A stretch of DNA of 27,331 nucleotides from Nitrospinaceae bacterium (GCA_046754465.1 JBHHVU010000043.1:1-27331), one strand, 5' to 3'. Shown: positions 1 through 8,623, counted from the stretch's first letter. Numbers and translations are program-made. Notes: generated from the sequence alone by a model not told the origin.

Positions 1-531
1 CCGACGCTCAAACTGCTGGACGGGATCATCAATATCTATCTTCCAGACTTGAAATACGCGAGCAACGAAGTGGCGCGGAAAATTTCCCATATTAAAAATT
101 ACGCCGGGCATTCCCGGGCGGCGGTGCTCGAGATGTTCCGTCAGGTGGGACCGTTGACCCGGGGGCCGGACGGCCTGGCCCGAAGCGGGTTGCTGGTCCG
201 GCATCTTCTTTTGCCGGAGGGGCTGGCGGGAACCTGGGAAACGCTTTGCTTCATCGCCATCGAGATGTCTCCAAAGGTGCCGGTGAGCCTGATGAGCCAG
301 TACCGGCCCGTGCACCGCGCGGTCGGAGACCCGGTCCTGGGACGCCGCATCACCCGTGAAGAATATGACCATGCGCTGCAACGGGCGCGGGAACTGGGAC
401 TGGAAACCCTGTATGTTCAGGATTTGGAAGAAGACCTGCACAACCTTCCGGATTTTGCCAATGGGGAAACCCCCTTCCCACTGGACGGAGTAAATTTATT
501 GGGGAGCCATTGCGGCTTCAGTAACATTTAG
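1..531 (+). CDS. Radical SAM protein, PflX / pyruvate-formate-lyase activase-like; C-terminal part, 5' end outside the window
   Basis: Frame 1 is open from base 1 (PTLKLLDGIINIYLPDLKY...). Motifs IYLPDLKY, GLLVRHLLLP and VSLMSQYRP are typical of PflX-like radical SAM proteins. The CxxxCxxC motif would lie upstream of the window. Confidence 0.8.
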   Translation, partial: PTLKLLDGIINIYLPDLKYASNEVARKISHIKNYAGHSRAAVLEMFRQVGPLTRGPDGLARSGLLVRHLLLPEGLAGTWETLCFIAIEMSPKVPVSLMSQYRPVHRAVGDPVLGRRITREEYDHALQRARELGLETLYVQDLEEDLHNLPDFANGETPFPLDGVNLLGSHCGFSNI

Positions 532-540
532 ATGAAAATT

Positions 541-565
541 TCCTCCTCCGCTTCAAAAAGGAGGA
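541..565. terminator. Hairpin between the convergent radical SAM and toxin genes; possible bidirectional terminator
   Basis: TCCTCCT (541-547) pairs with AGGAGGA (559-565) around an 11-nt loop. No long U-tract. Confidence 0.35.
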
Positions 566-576
566 TAACGAAATTA

Positions 577-933
577 CTAATTCCGTTGCAGGTTAAACAC
601 CAATTTGATGGCGGCTTCAATGGGATCAAGATACCGCTTCTCAAGAAGACCCTGCCGGTTTTCTATTCGGGAAACATCCACGGTCCGGAGTTGCTTCAGG
701 TTGATATGCCGGTTTTTATCCAGGCCATTACCCTTGGTGGGAGTGACATTGACCACAAAAGGCCAATTTTTATGACCGGAAAGGATGGGAGCCACAATGA
801 CCGTCCGTGACCCCCGGTTCACCACATCGGCTTGCAAAACGACGCAGGGTCTTTTCTTCCGCGTTTCCGCTCCCTGGGTGGGGTCCAGGTCAATCCAACG
901 GATTTCCAGTTGCCGGTATACCGGGGCGGTCAC
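577..933 (-). CDS. Type II toxin, PemK/MazF family endoribonuclease
   Basis: 118 aa with WIDLDPTQGAETRKKRPCVVLQ, VIVAPI and QLRTVDVSRI. The GTG start overlaps the antitoxin TGA (GTGA). Confidence 0.92.
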   Translation of the reverse strand: MTAPVYRQLEIRWIDLDPTQGAETRKKRPCVVLQADVVNRGSRTVIVAPILSGHKNWPFVVNVTPTKGNGLDKNRHINLKQLRTVDVSRIENRQGLLEKRYLDPIEAAIKLVFNLQRN

Positions 934-1157
934 GGGTCCAGCCCATCAGACAGGGTGGATTCCCAGCCGGAAAGTTCTTCCCGATATGCCGGGTCTTCCG
1001 CTTCTTCACGGTTAGCTTTGAGAATGGCTTTTTCCAGGAGCCGCTGCTTTTCCCTTTTCAACAGATCGTTGATATACTTGCTCCGGTTAGCCCCCCCGAT
1101 CTTTTTCAGGAACGCCAGGGCCTCGTCTTCCAATGTAAATGTTGCACGGTTCGTCAT
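930..1157 (-). CDS. Cognate antitoxin, ribbon-helix-helix / CopG-like (MazE-type), 75 aa
   Basis: Likely start is ATG at 1157, preceded by AAGAGG. N-terminal RHH-like pattern (RATFTL...NRSKYINDLL) and acidic C-terminus ending WESTLSDGL. Translationally coupled to the toxin. Confidence 0.85.
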   Translation of the reverse strand: MTNRATFTLEDEALAFLKKIGGANRSKYINDLLKREKQRLLEKAILKANREEAEDPAYREELSGWESTLSDGLDP

Positions 1158-1181
1158 GGAGACACCTCTTTTCTCATATAA

Positions 1182-1207
1182 TTTATCATACTTAAAGGTA
1201 TGATAAA
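1182..1207. promoter_or_regulatory. Palindromic operator of the TA operon, overlapping a TATGAT -10-like hexamer
   Basis: Perfect 10-bp inverted repeat TTTATCATAC-N6-GTATGATAAA about 25 nt upstream of the antitoxin start. Autorepression through such palindromes is typical of type II TA modules. Confidence 0.7.
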
Positions 1208-1329
1208 AGAGTTTTGTCCCCTCATCCGGACTTGTCATCTTTTGGGTGCTCCCAAGAGAGGGGAGTGGGGGGTGTGGTGTGCGGGCACGGCATGCCGAAC
1301 GCGGCACCTGCTCCCAGGGGTTGCCCGGC

Positions 1330-1364
1330 TTGTGAAGCGGGGGTATTTCTGATAACATTTATCA
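1330..1364 (+). promoter_or_regulatory. Putative sigma70 promoter of ispG-tig, overlapped by a Fur-box-like palindrome
   Basis: TTGTGA (1330-1335)-N17-TAACAT (1353-1358) with a TGn extension. TGATAA-cat-TTATCA at 1350-1364. Confidence 0.45.
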
Positions 1365-1429
1365 CTTTGGAGTCCTGCCCGTTCCCTTGTGGACCGGCTG
1401 GCTATCTGTTTATTTTTGGCCGTTAACTC

Positions 1430-2596
1430 ATGAAACCCAGACCCTCACGTAAAATTCGTATCGGTTCCCTGGTCATCGGCGGGGACTCGCCTATCGCCGT
1501 GCAGAGCATGGCGGCCACCCGGACGCAGGATCTGGAAGCGACCGCCCGGCAGATTGAGATTCTGGAAAAACAGAAGGCCGATGTCATCCGTATCGCGGTG
1601 GACAGCGAAGCGGATGTGAGGGCGCTGAAAATTTTGCGGGACCGGTTTCCCCATGGTGTCTTTTCGGTGGATCTCCAGGAAAACTACCGGCTGGCGCCCC
1701 TGGTGGCTCCGCTGGTTAGCAAGATCCGCTACAACCCCGGTCACCTGTACCATCTGGAGAAGGACAAGACGATTCGGGAGAAGGTGGAATTCATCGTCAA
1801 CGCGGCGCGTGAAAACGGCTGTGCCATCCGCATCGGCGTCAACTGCGGCTCGGTGGACCCGGATTATAAGGAAAAATACAAGGAGGACCCGATCGAGGCC
1901 ATGGTGCGGTGCGCCGTGGACCATTGCCGGATGCTGGATGAAATGGAGTTTTCCGATTATTGCGTGTCGCTCAAGGATTCCGACGCAGACCAGGTGATCG
2001 AGGCCAACCGCCGGTTTGCCGCCGAGCGGCCCGACGTTCCCCTGCACCTGGGGGTGACCGAGGCGGGACTGCCTCCGGAAGGGATCATCAAAACCCGGAT
2101 CGCCTTCGAGCAGCTCATCTCCGCCGGAATCGGGGATACCATCCGCGTGTCCCTCACCCTGCCCAACGAGGAGAAGGGACAGGAAATCACCGTGGGCCGC
2201 GAAATTTTGCGGGATATTCAGGCGGGGCGGTTCCGTTCCGTGCCGGAAAATTTTCTCGACGGACTGAACATCATCGCCTGTCCGAGTTGTTCGCGGGTGG
2301 AGAATGAAAAGTTCGTGGACCTGGCCCAGGATGTCCGTAGAATCACCGAGTACGCCGATAAGTACAAACTCACGATCGCCGTCATGGGGTGCCGGGTCAA
2401 TGGGCCGGGCGAAACCGACGATGCCGACCTGGGGTTGTGGTGCGGACCCTCGCGGGTGAACCTGAAAAAAGGAACGCGGACGCTGGGTTCCTTTTCTTAT
2501 GACGAAATTCTTGATCGGTTGAAGCAAGAGGTCGATCAAATGATCCTGGAAAAATTTGGGGAGTTGGAATCCGCCGCGCGCCTGCGGGTGGATTGA
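1430..2596 (+). CDS. ispG: 4-hydroxy-3-methylbut-2-en-1-yl diphosphate synthase (short two-domain type)
   Basis: [25 protein letters not shown] and [11 protein letters not shown] motifs, plus the 4Fe-4S ligand motifs CPSCSR and [11 protein letters not shown]. Confidence 0.97.
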   Translation: MKPRPSRKIRIGSLVIGGDSPIAVQSMAATRTQDLEATARQIEILEKQKADVIRIAVDSEADVRALKILRDRFPHGVFSVDLQENYRLAPLVAPLVSKIRYNPGHLYHLEKDKTIREKVEFIVNAARENGCAIRIGVNCGSVDPDYKEKYKEDPIEAMVRCAVDHCRMLDEMEFSDYCVSLKDSDADQVIEANRRFAAERPDVPLHLGVTEAGLPPEGIIKTRIAFEQLISAGIGDTIRVSLTLPNEEKGQEITVGREILRDIQAGRFRSVPENFLDGLNIIACPSCSRVENEKFVDLAQDVRRITEYADKYKLTIAVMGCRVNGPGETDDADLGLWCGPSRVNLKKGTRTLGSFSYDEILDRLKQEVDQMILEKFGELESAARLRVD

Positions 2597-2628
2597 CGGG
2601 TTCCGTCTTTTTGATCAGAGGTGAATTC

Positions 2629-4011
2629 ATGGAACTGGATGTAGAAGAACTGGAAGGTCTCAAGCGCAAACTGAAAATCACCATCCCGGAAGAGGTCGTG
2701 TCGCAAAAAGTGGATCGCGCCTACAAGGAATTGAATCGGCAGATACGCATGCCCGGATTCCGCCCCGGTAAAATACCGCAAAGGATTCTTGAGAAACAGG
2801 TGCCGATTCAATCCTTCACGCAAATGTTTCAGGAGATGATGCAGGATTATTACGAAAAAGCGCTTAGGGAATTGGGCATCACTCCCGCCGGGCAACCCGA
2901 GATAGAAAATACGGAGCTGGAGAATATCCGGAAAGACGCGCCCTTCCGGTTTTCGGTCATCCTCGATATCAAACCGGAACTGGAGATCAAGAATTATAAG
3001 GGACTCAAATTCAAGAAACGCGAGATCCGCATCGGCGATGAAGAACTGGAAGCCGCCGTGCGGGGGATTCTCAGCCGGTACGGACATCTCGAGCATCGGA
3101 AGGATGAGCATGAGGTGGAGAAGGGCGATCATCTCCTCATCGATTTCGAGGGGTTCCTGGACGGCCGGCCGCTTGAGGAAGGAAGCGCCAAGGATTACCG
3201 GGTGCGCGTGGGTGAAAAAAAAATGATCGAAGGCTTCGAGGACCAGTTGATCGGACACAAACTGGGGGAGGAATTCGAGATCAAGGTTAGGCTGCCCGCC
3301 AACTGGAATAACCGGATGCGACGGGTCAGTCTTCCCGTGCCTGGCGCGGCTCCGGAAAAGCAGGAGGATGACCGGGCGGCCTTCCAGGTGAAGATCAAGG
3401 AAATAAAGAAACTGGTGCTGCCGGAATTGACGGATGAAATTGCCGGTAAAATAGGGTTCGATACCGTGGACAAATTCCGCGGGGCTGTAAAGTCCGACCT
3501 CCAGGCCTACCAGGAGCAGCAGGAGGAGTTGAAAATCAAGGAGGAAATTTTCAATAAGCTCGTCAAGGAAAATCCGGTCAATCCCCCGGAAGCCCTGGTG
3601 AAAAGGGAACTCAAGTTCATGGTCGAGGGAATGAAGTTTCAGATCGAACAGTCGGGGATGAAAGTGGAGGATTCCGGATTCGATCCCGACAAAGCCGTGG
3701 AGGAGTGGAGAGAAAGAGCGGAATTCAACACCAAGGGGTATATGATCCTGGAAGCGATTGCGGCGAAGGAAAATATTCACGTCACCCAGTCGGACTTGGA
3801 TGAGGAGTATAAGAAGCTGGCGGAGCAGACCAAAAATAAGGTGGAGGAAGTGAAAGCCCGGATGATGGCCAATCCGGACACCATGGGTCAAACCAACTCA
3901 AAGATTCTGGGCCAGAAGGCCATGAATTTCATCTACTCCCACAGCGAATTTGAATACGTGAAGGACTCCGAGGATAAGAAAGATCAGCCCGCTGAAAAAG
4001 AGAACGCTTGA
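2629..4011 (+). CDS. tig: Trigger factor (ribosome-associated chaperone/PPIase)
   Basis: Start ATG at 2629 after GAGGTG. Ribosome-binding signature PGFRPGKIP, FKBP-like segment (DFEG...MIEGFEDQLIG) and C-terminal helical domain. Confidence 0.93.
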   Translation: MELDVEELEGLKRKLKITIPEEVVSQKVDRAYKELNRQIRMPGFRPGKIPQRILEKQVPIQSFTQMFQEMMQDYYEKALRELGITPAGQPEIENTELENIRKDAPFRFSVILDIKPELEIKNYKGLKFKKREIRIGDEELEAAVRGILSRYGHLEHRKDEHEVEKGDHLLIDFEGFLDGRPLEEGSAKDYRVRVGEKKMIEGFEDQLIGHKLGEEFEIKVRLPANWNNRMRRVSLPVPGAAPEKQEDDRAAFQVKIKEIKKLVLPELTDEIAGKIGFDTVDKFRGAVKSDLQAYQEQQEELKIKEEIFNKLVKENPVNPPEALVKRELKFMVEGMKFQIEQSGMKVEDSGFDPDKAVEEWRERAEFNTKGYMILEAIAAKENIHVTQSDLDEEYKKLAEQTKNKVEEVKARMMANPDTMGQTNSKILGQKAMNFIYSHSEFEYVKDSEDKKDQPAEKENA

Positions 4012-4048
4012 AACAGCCCGCCTAAGAGCGCCCATCTCAACAAAAAAC

Positions 4049-4888
4049 CTACCTCAAATGAATTGTGATCATGTGTTGGGTGGATAAAGATCCTCCTCGG
4101 TCCGGTTTGGATTTCAGGATAAACATCTGACCATCGCGTGCATTTTTGGGAAGCACGAATTTGAGAGGTCCGTGAGCGGAATTCAGGGTCAGCAACCTTT
4201 TGTTTTGCACGTCCAGCCTGTCCACATTCATGTCATAAAAGAAAGTGGAATCTGTTTTGGAAACCCGATCTTCGCTCAAGACCTGGATGTTCATCAAAAG
4301 ATCTCCGCGTTTTTTGCAAAAAAAACTGGTTTTCCCTTTATCCGGAACACGCAGGAAAAGCCGGCTCCAAGGGCCGGGAGGAATCCGGACCTGAAACTTC
4401 TCCTTTCCCTGTCGCACCCGAAGAAAGCAGCCCATGGAGGCCGTTGCTCCGTTGATATGAATATTTTTCTGGGTGTCGAGCTGAAACAGCTTTTTCTCGA
4501 ACCGGAACAGGAAGTTTCCTAATAGTCCAGAGCACGGGCCGGGTTCCCCAGGGTATGGGACCGGTTGCGTTTTTGGAAAGGCTTTCGAGGGGGTTCCCGC
4601 GGCTCGGTGACCGGGGGTGCGGCTAATTCCAGGTTTTCCGCCAGAGGTTGACCGCATTTTAGCGGTTTTTATGGTTTTGCCCTTTGAGTGGGGCCGACGG
4701 GTTTGGTAATGCACTTCCAGTAATTTGAAAGCGGTATTTATTTTCCGGAAATAAGTGACACTGAGGGGATTGCCTCCATTATGGTCGGGATGATATTGCA
4801 ATGCCATGTGGTGGTAGGCTTTTTTAATCTTTCCCCACGGGTCGCGGGGAGAAACATTCAACACCTGGTAGCATTCAGTTAATTTCAT
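4049..4888 (-). CDS. J-domain (DnaJ-family) protein with divergent DnaJ C-terminal domains
   Basis: N-terminal J domain (CYQVLNV...IKKAYHHMALQYHPDHN...FRKINTAF). DnaJ_C-like segments FQVRIPPG...RGDLLMNIQV and LPKNARDGQMFIL. No zinc finger. Confidence 0.85.
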   Translation of the reverse strand: MKLTECYQVLNVSPRDPWGKIKKAYHHMALQYHPDHNGGNPLSVTYFRKINTAFKLLEVHYQTRRPHSKGKTIKTAKMRSTSGGKPGISRTPGHRAAGTPSKAFPKTQPVPYPGEPGPCSGLLGNFLFRFEKKLFQLDTQKNIHINGATASMGCFLRVRQGKEKFQVRIPPGPWSRLFLRVPDKGKTSFFCKKRGDLLMNIQVLSEDRVSKTDSTFFYDMNVDRLDVQNKRLLTLNSAHGPLKFVLPKNARDGQMFILKSKPDRGGSLSTQHMITIHLR

Positions 4889-5221
4889 CGCCTTGGCGTT
4901 ATTTCCAGTGGATCTAATAAGAGGTTTGGGATGCGCTTTTTAAGTTCTCAGGTCAGTGTTGAAGAATTTTCAAGATTGGGTTACAGTTCCGTCACAATGT
5001 TGCATTCCGCGGAACCGCCCCCTTTCCGGCGGGACGGGAAAATATATAAATCCGTCAAAAAATTTTGATACCCGTCACCCCGTTCTCGGCGCGTGGCATC
5101 GATTTCCGGGAACGATCACTCCTCTCGCCATTCACCCTATCCTCCTGTCATGGCCGAACCATGTCCGATTTGACGCAATCGTAACCTCCATGTGATTCGT
5201 TCTTAATATCCGGCCCATAAA

Positions 5222-5998
5222 ATGTGCTGTACGGATGGAGTGAAAATCATTCCCTGCGCGAAGCATGAATATAAATCCGGTATTCCCGATTGGATGAAAA
5301 TGTATATATTTAAACGAAACACTGGTGAAACCGTTTCCCCCAAAGAAAGTTTGGTGGAGGTCAATCTCAGCCGTGGAGACCTGAGCTACGCCGACCTTCG
5401 TGGGGCGAAACTCATTGGGGCCAATTTGATCGGGGCGAACCTCAGCGGGGCGAAACTTTCGCGGGCCCATCTCAATCACGCGAAACTCATCGGGGCGAAA
5501 CTCATCGGGGCAAAGCTGAGGGGAGCCGACCTCAGCGGGGCCGACCTCAGCGGGGCCAGTCTCGTGAAGGCCGATATGAGAGAGGGCCTTTTTTACGAGG
5601 CGGATCTCAGCGGGACGGATCTCCGGGAAGGAATTTTCATTGAGGCGAATTTCACCGGGGCGGACCTTACCGGGGCCAGGCTGGTTCGCGCCCAAATGAA
5701 CCGCGCGAGCTTGGTGGGGACGGTCCTCAGCCGGGCCGATCTCAGGGGCATCGATTTTTCCGGAGCGGATTTCAACGGGGCGAATCTCGGCGAAGCGGAC
5801 CTCCGCGGATCCGACCTCACCGAAGCCGATCTGCGTCTTGCTCAAAACCTTTCCTGCGAACAAATCCGGTCGGCCAAAATTGACAAATCCACCAAACTGC
5901 CCGATTACATTAAAATAACCTGGATCAACAAAACCACCTTTCAATGCCGGATGAAAAACAAACGGTTGGAATCGATTCGATCCTGGTCCGATTCCTGA
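5222..5998 (+). CDS. Pentapeptide repeat protein (start uncertain; may be a downstream ATG near 5294-5300)
   Basis: About 30 consecutive A(D/N/K)Lxx pentapeptides, ending in an AQNLSCEQIRSAKIDKSTKLP cap typical of this family. Confidence 0.9.
   Translation: MCCTDGVKIIPCAKHEYKSGIPDWMKMYIFKRNTGETVSPKESLVEVNLSRGDLSYADLRGAKLIGANLIGANLSGAKLSRAHLNHAKLIGAKLIGAKLRGADLSGADLSGASLVKADMREGLFYEADLSGTDLREGIFIEANFTGADLTGARLVRAQMNRASLVGTVLSRADLRGIDFSGADFNGANLGEADLRGSDLTEADLRLAQNLSCEQIRSAKIDKSTKLPDYIKITWINKTTFQCRMKNKRLESIRSWSDS
5480..5554 (+). repeat. Exact 15-bp tandem duplications inside the pentapeptide gene
   Basis: GCGAAACTCATCGGG x2 (5480-5509) and GCCGACCTCAGCGGG x2 (5525-5554). Confidence 0.9.
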
Positions 5999-6169
5999 CG
6001 GGCGGTATGGGTGCCCGGTTCATTTCCCTTTCTTACCGCTTCCTTTTCCCTCCTGACGGTTCAAATACCTTGAAAATTCCACGGTTGGGCGCAATACGGA
6101 TCAGAATAAATTGACGGGTATGGGATGTTGAATTAAATTAGTGGTATTGAATCTTTCACAGGTTGCCCA

Positions 6170-6631
6170 ATGATGCACCGTTATTCCTTGTTTCTACTGC
6201 CAATATTCATTATTTTAAATTTGTGGGTCTTGCCCCGGGCGGGCGCGACTCCCATCGAGGATGCGGTGCTGTCCGGAAACGGGGATCTCGTAAAACTGCT
6301 GGTTGAAAACGGCGCGGAAATTGACTCCATCGACAGTTTGGGCTTTACCCCCTTACACCGGGCGGCATTGGCGGGGTACCGGGATATCGTGGAGGTTCTT
6401 CTCGCCAATGGCGCGGAGGTGGATGCTACGGATATCCACGGATACACACCGTTGCACCTGGCGGTGCAGGGGGGGTTCGTGGAAGTGGCCTCCCTGTTGA
6501 TCGCCCATGGCGCCGATGTCAATGCCCGGGCCGCCGATGACCAGGGAAGAGACATCACCCCTTTGTACCTGGCCATCATCCTGGACAATAGCAACCTGGC
6601 CGGCCTGCTCACCAGCAATGGCGCTAAATAA
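6170..6631 (+). CDS. Secreted/periplasmic ankyrin repeat protein
   Basis: Hydrophobic N-terminus ending AGA, followed by about four ankyrin repeats (GFTPLHRAA, GYTPLHLAV, ITPLYLAI; LLxxGAxV). Confidence 0.9.
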   Translation: MMHRYSLFLLPIFIILNLWVLPRAGATPIEDAVLSGNGDLVKLLVENGAEIDSIDSLGFTPLHRAALAGYRDIVEVLLANGAEVDATDIHGYTPLHLAVQGGFVEVASLLIAHGADVNARAADDQGRDITPLYLAIILDNSNLAGLLTSNGAK

Positions 6632-6992
6632 ATAAGGTTCCAGCCCAAGGCGCGGTGAAATTCGGTGCGGAACAGGAATTCAATTTTTCCTTAATTCCCC
6701 TCCACGGCGGCATAATTCATAGTATCCGGCCTCCCTTGAAACCCATTCCTTGAAATCCTTGAAAAAATCCGCTTGCGGAGCAATGCGTTAAAAAGGAATT
6801 TTTCCCCATGATGAGGATTCTTTAATCAGGACCGGGGGGCTGTTATGCTACCATGAATCCACGGATACATTTGGCAGTCCAGGTATTCGGTGGAAAGGGC
6901 CGGGGGCAGGGCGCATCAATCAGGATGGGACCCCGCTCATCCATACCATCCCGCTTATCAGGAATTTTTATTGAGGTCGATAGAGAGGAGTT

Positions 6993-7406
6993 ATGATCAA
7001 GTTTGTCAAGGTTATGAATGAGGAGGATCTCCCGGTGGGCAAATCCGCGATTGTGGCTGCCGGTGGAGAGGAAATCGCTTTATTCAACTATAAGGAAGAA
7101 TATTATGCCGTCGCCAATAAATGCCCCCACAGGGGCGGTCCGCTGGGCGAGGGACGCGTTCAGGAAGGCATAATCGTTTGTCCCAACCATGAGTGGCGGT
7201 TCGAGCTGAAGACGGGGAATAGCATGCAGAACCCGGAATTGAGCATCAAGTCCTACCCGGTTCGTGTCAGAAATGGAAAGATTTATATCGGGTTCAAGAA
7301 GGCGGATGAAAAGATTCTGGGGAAAGAGGAGTCGGCGCTACCCTCGGATTTAAATTTTAATATCCCCACCATTCGGAAACCCATCAATCCCGATGAAGAA
7401 TTGTAG
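6993..7406 (+). CDS. Rieske [2Fe-2S] ferredoxin (NirD / dioxygenase-ferredoxin-like) with a C-terminal extension
   Basis: CPHRGGPL and CPNHEWRF Rieske motifs. RBS GAGGAG upstream. Confidence 0.9.
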   Translation: MIKFVKVMNEEDLPVGKSAIVAAGGEEIALFNYKEEYYAVANKCPHRGGPLGEGRVQEGIIVCPNHEWRFELKTGNSMQNPELSIKSYPVRVRNGKIYIGFKKADEKILGKEESALPSDLNFNIPTIRKPINPDEEL

Positions 7407-7442
7407 GCGGGTTGGTTCCTGACGAGGAATTTGGGGGGCGGG

Positions 7443-7874
7443 TCAGGGTGAGTCATCAGGAATTTCCACCCAATTCGGGTCACCGTGGGTCTTGTAGTTT
7501 TCGGTGCCGGCGAAGGTTCCCTGGTGGTAGATATTCACCTTGAATTTACCCCCGCCGAATTTTTCCGCGATGAGGGGAACCGGGTCTTCGACGTGAATCC
7601 ATTCCGGCGTGTCGTATTTCCCGACCAGTTTGAACTCCATTCCCATGCCGGAGGGAACCAGCGCATAGATCTTCAAGTGGGTTTCGGGAAGGAACTCCAT
7701 CATGTCCTTGTCCATATCCTCCCTTTTATAATCCGGCCCAAACTTTCGCCGGGCCCTTCGTTTCAGATAGTCCTCGAGCAGATTGAAAAACCACCAGTTT
7801 TTTCCTTTGCGCTGATCGTGCAGGAAAGGGTATTCCACAAACCCGTATTTGTTGATAAAGGGCTTTTTGGCCAT
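7443..7874 (-). CDS. Hypothetical protein, 143 aa
   Basis: Likely start ATG at 7874 with GGGGAGA RBS and a near-consensus promoter upstream. Protein-like composition, but no family recognised. Confidence 0.75.
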   Translation of the reverse strand: MAKKPFINKYGFVEYPFLHDQRKGKNWWFFNLLEDYLKRRARRKFGPDYKREDMDKDMMEFLPETHLKIYALVPSGMGMEFKLVGKYDTPEWIHVEDPVPLIAEKFGGGKFKVNIYHQGTFAGTENYKTHGDPNWVEIPDDSP

Positions 7875-7915
7875 AAAATGGATTCTCCCCATGACGGTGG
7901 AAGCATACTGAAATT

Positions 7916-7944
7916 ATTATAATCCGTGGAGAGGAACCAGGCAA
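7916..7944 (-). promoter_or_regulatory. sigma70 promoter of the 143-aa orphan gene
   Basis: Minus strand TTGCCT (7944-7939)-N17-TATAAT (7921-7916). Confidence 0.7.
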
Positions 7945-8023
7945 GATGGTTCCAGGGGGGAGGGGGCCTGGAAAGGGTGCCGGTCAGGGAATTGACCCGG
8001 CAAAAAATGTCCGGCGGGGGTCT

Positions 8024-8623
8024 TCACGACTTCCGGACGATAAAACTGTTTCTCAGGGAAGGAAATCCCTCCGGAACGGTCTCAAGTGTGAAGCCTTTCC
8101 TTTTGAAGTAGCGGCCCCACCATTTTTTTGAATGCAAATTGATGTGGGTGGGATCCATACGCGCGTTTTTTTCCGTCCACAAACAAATGCTGAACAGCAG
8201 CCATTTCCTGGTGATACGATACAGTTCATCGACCGCGCGGCCGCATTCCGGAAAAGGGATGTGTTCCAGGACGTCGCAACAGGTGACCAAATCGAATTCT
8301 TTACCCGGGAAATTGAGATTCAGAATATCCCCGACCCTCAGGCAGGGCCGAATTTCCTCGGAAGCCTTGTGAATCGGAATTTCCGACTGGTCCACCCCAA
8401 AGGCGGTAACGCCCAGACGACGAAAGCCCCAGACCAGGTTGCCGGTGCCGCAACCGGCATCCAGGGCATTGACGGGCAGGAAATAATTTTTAAATAACCG
8501 GGCCCGTTCGACACTCGGGAAACTTTCGTAATTGGAGAAGTAACCGTGGTCGAAATTGCCAGGATTATATTTTTTGAATCGAGACACGCAAAGGCTATAA
8601 AGGATACTTTTTAACTGGCTCAA
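8024..8623 (-). CDS. Class I SAM-dependent methyltransferase
   Basis: Motif I ALDAGCGTG, GVD, FDLVTCCDVLEHI, and DPTHINL..WW, a pattern seen in glycan-associated methyltransferases. Confidence 0.88.
   Translation of the reverse strand: MSQLKSILYSLCVSRFKKYNPGNFDHGYFSNYESFPSVERARLFKNYFLPVNALDAGCGTGNLVWGFRRLGVTAFGVDQSEIPIHKASEEIRPCLRVGDILNLNFPGKEFDLVTCCDVLEHIPFPECGRAVDELYRITRKWLLFSICLWTEKNARMDPTHINLHSKKWWGRYFKRKGFTLETVPEGFPSLRNSFIVRKS

Noticed and set aside
1158..1358. N-terminal extension of the antitoxin ORF (142 aa in the track)
   Set aside because: It runs through the operator/promoter region. The RBS-supported start is at 1157.
1445..3891. Long antisense ORFs of 364 aa and 451 aa
   Set aside because: They mirror ispG and tig on the opposite strand and show no recognisable motifs. 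They are typical shadow ORFs caused by codon bias.
5390..5850. 15-bp periodic DNA as a possible CRISPR or non-coding array
   Set aside because: There are no spacers, and the periodicity is explained by in-frame pentapeptide codons.
5132..5944. 270-aa antisense ORF with apparent repeats
   Set aside because: It is the reverse-complement shadow of the pentapeptide repeat gene.
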